This document shows, one piece after another, positions 63,241-64,000 of a DNA stretch of 64,000 bases. A model generated the notes under the pieces. The model searched no databases, was not told where the DNA came from, and worked only from the letters and a program-made list of their open reading frames with translations. Within the stretch, counting starts at the first letter, position 1. Every line of letters starts with the position of its first letter. The stretch covers positions 269,204,001 to 269,268,000 of the forward strand of contig OZ024740.1 in assembly GCA_964016885.1 (NCBI GenBank). Reading direction: 5' to 3'. A program made the position numbers and the translations under genes. Origin of the DNA: Eledone cirrhosa (Eukaryota).

Positions 63241-64000
63241 ATTTCACACTATATCATATTTTCACCATTATATATCATATCTTTTCTCTAAAAATCATAC
63301 TTCCCCTATCACCGCATTTTCTCTATCGTAATTTCTTAAACAAAACAAATCTTGTATTTTCGTTTATTGTTAAATTATGCCCAATTTTTTTTTTCTCGAT
63401 TCTTCTCTCCATCCGAACCCATTCATTCAATCACTTCTATGTCCTAATTCCACACTATATCATATTTTCACCATCATATATCATATCTTTTCTCTAAAAA
63501 TCATATTTTCCCTATCACTGCATTTTCTCTATCGTAATTTCTTAAACAAAACAAATCTTGTATTTTCGTTTATTTTTAAATCATGCCCAAAATACGGCGA
63601 TCTTATCTTAAACCTTACATTCTCGCTAACAACCCATTTAAATATAATTTGTTAAACTTGCTAAGTTTTACGCAAATCTTCGAGTACCTATTTAAACTTT
63701 TAACCTCTGCTCCATCCCATATTCTACCCCCTACCCATTCATCATGCTGGTTCCTGCCCCCCCCCCCTCCCTCTCTATACATATAAGATAAAACCCTACC
63801 AAAATTAATCAAAATCGCCAACTCGCTATTTCTGGGATGGCTGTTCCCTTCGGTATAAAGTAACGTTCAAATTTTTCTCGATTCTTCTCTCCATCCGAAC
63901 CCATTCATTCAATCACTTCTATGTCCTAATTTCACACTATATCATATTTTCACCATTATATATCATATCTTTTCTCTAAAAATCATACTTCCCCTATCAC
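63241..64000. repeat. Locally reiterated AT-rich sequence (at least 3 copies of a 135-200 bp unit)
   Basis: CACACTATATCATATTTTCACCAT..TCTCTAAAAATCATA at about 63246, 63451 and 63933. Confidence 0.8.

Overview
AT-rich, microsatellite- and TE-dense animal genomic DNA, not prokaryotic. The SINE/LINE repertoire suggests a mollusc, probably an octopus (inference). One host gene is supported: the last 10 coding exons of a focadhesin (FOCAD/KIAA1797)-like gene on the minus strand (61631 to 25955). These give 1548 nt, or 515 aa plus stop, with all exon phases consistent and one GC-AG intron. The rest is mostly repeats. Positions 1-11.1 kb hold stacked Tx1/L1-clade LINEs, R4/Dong-like fragments and SINEs joined by (AAT)n tracts. 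A decayed near-full-length R4/Dong element and an RTE element sit in the 15.5 kb FOCAD intron. There is also a CRE fragment, Helitrons, hAT/mariner/piggyBac MITEs, two tRNA-derived SINE families, and probable Penelope-derived fold-backs carrying minimal hammerhead ribozyme motifs. Most short ORFs in the track are microsatellite or antisense artefacts. Family assignments come from recalled motifs, not database searches.
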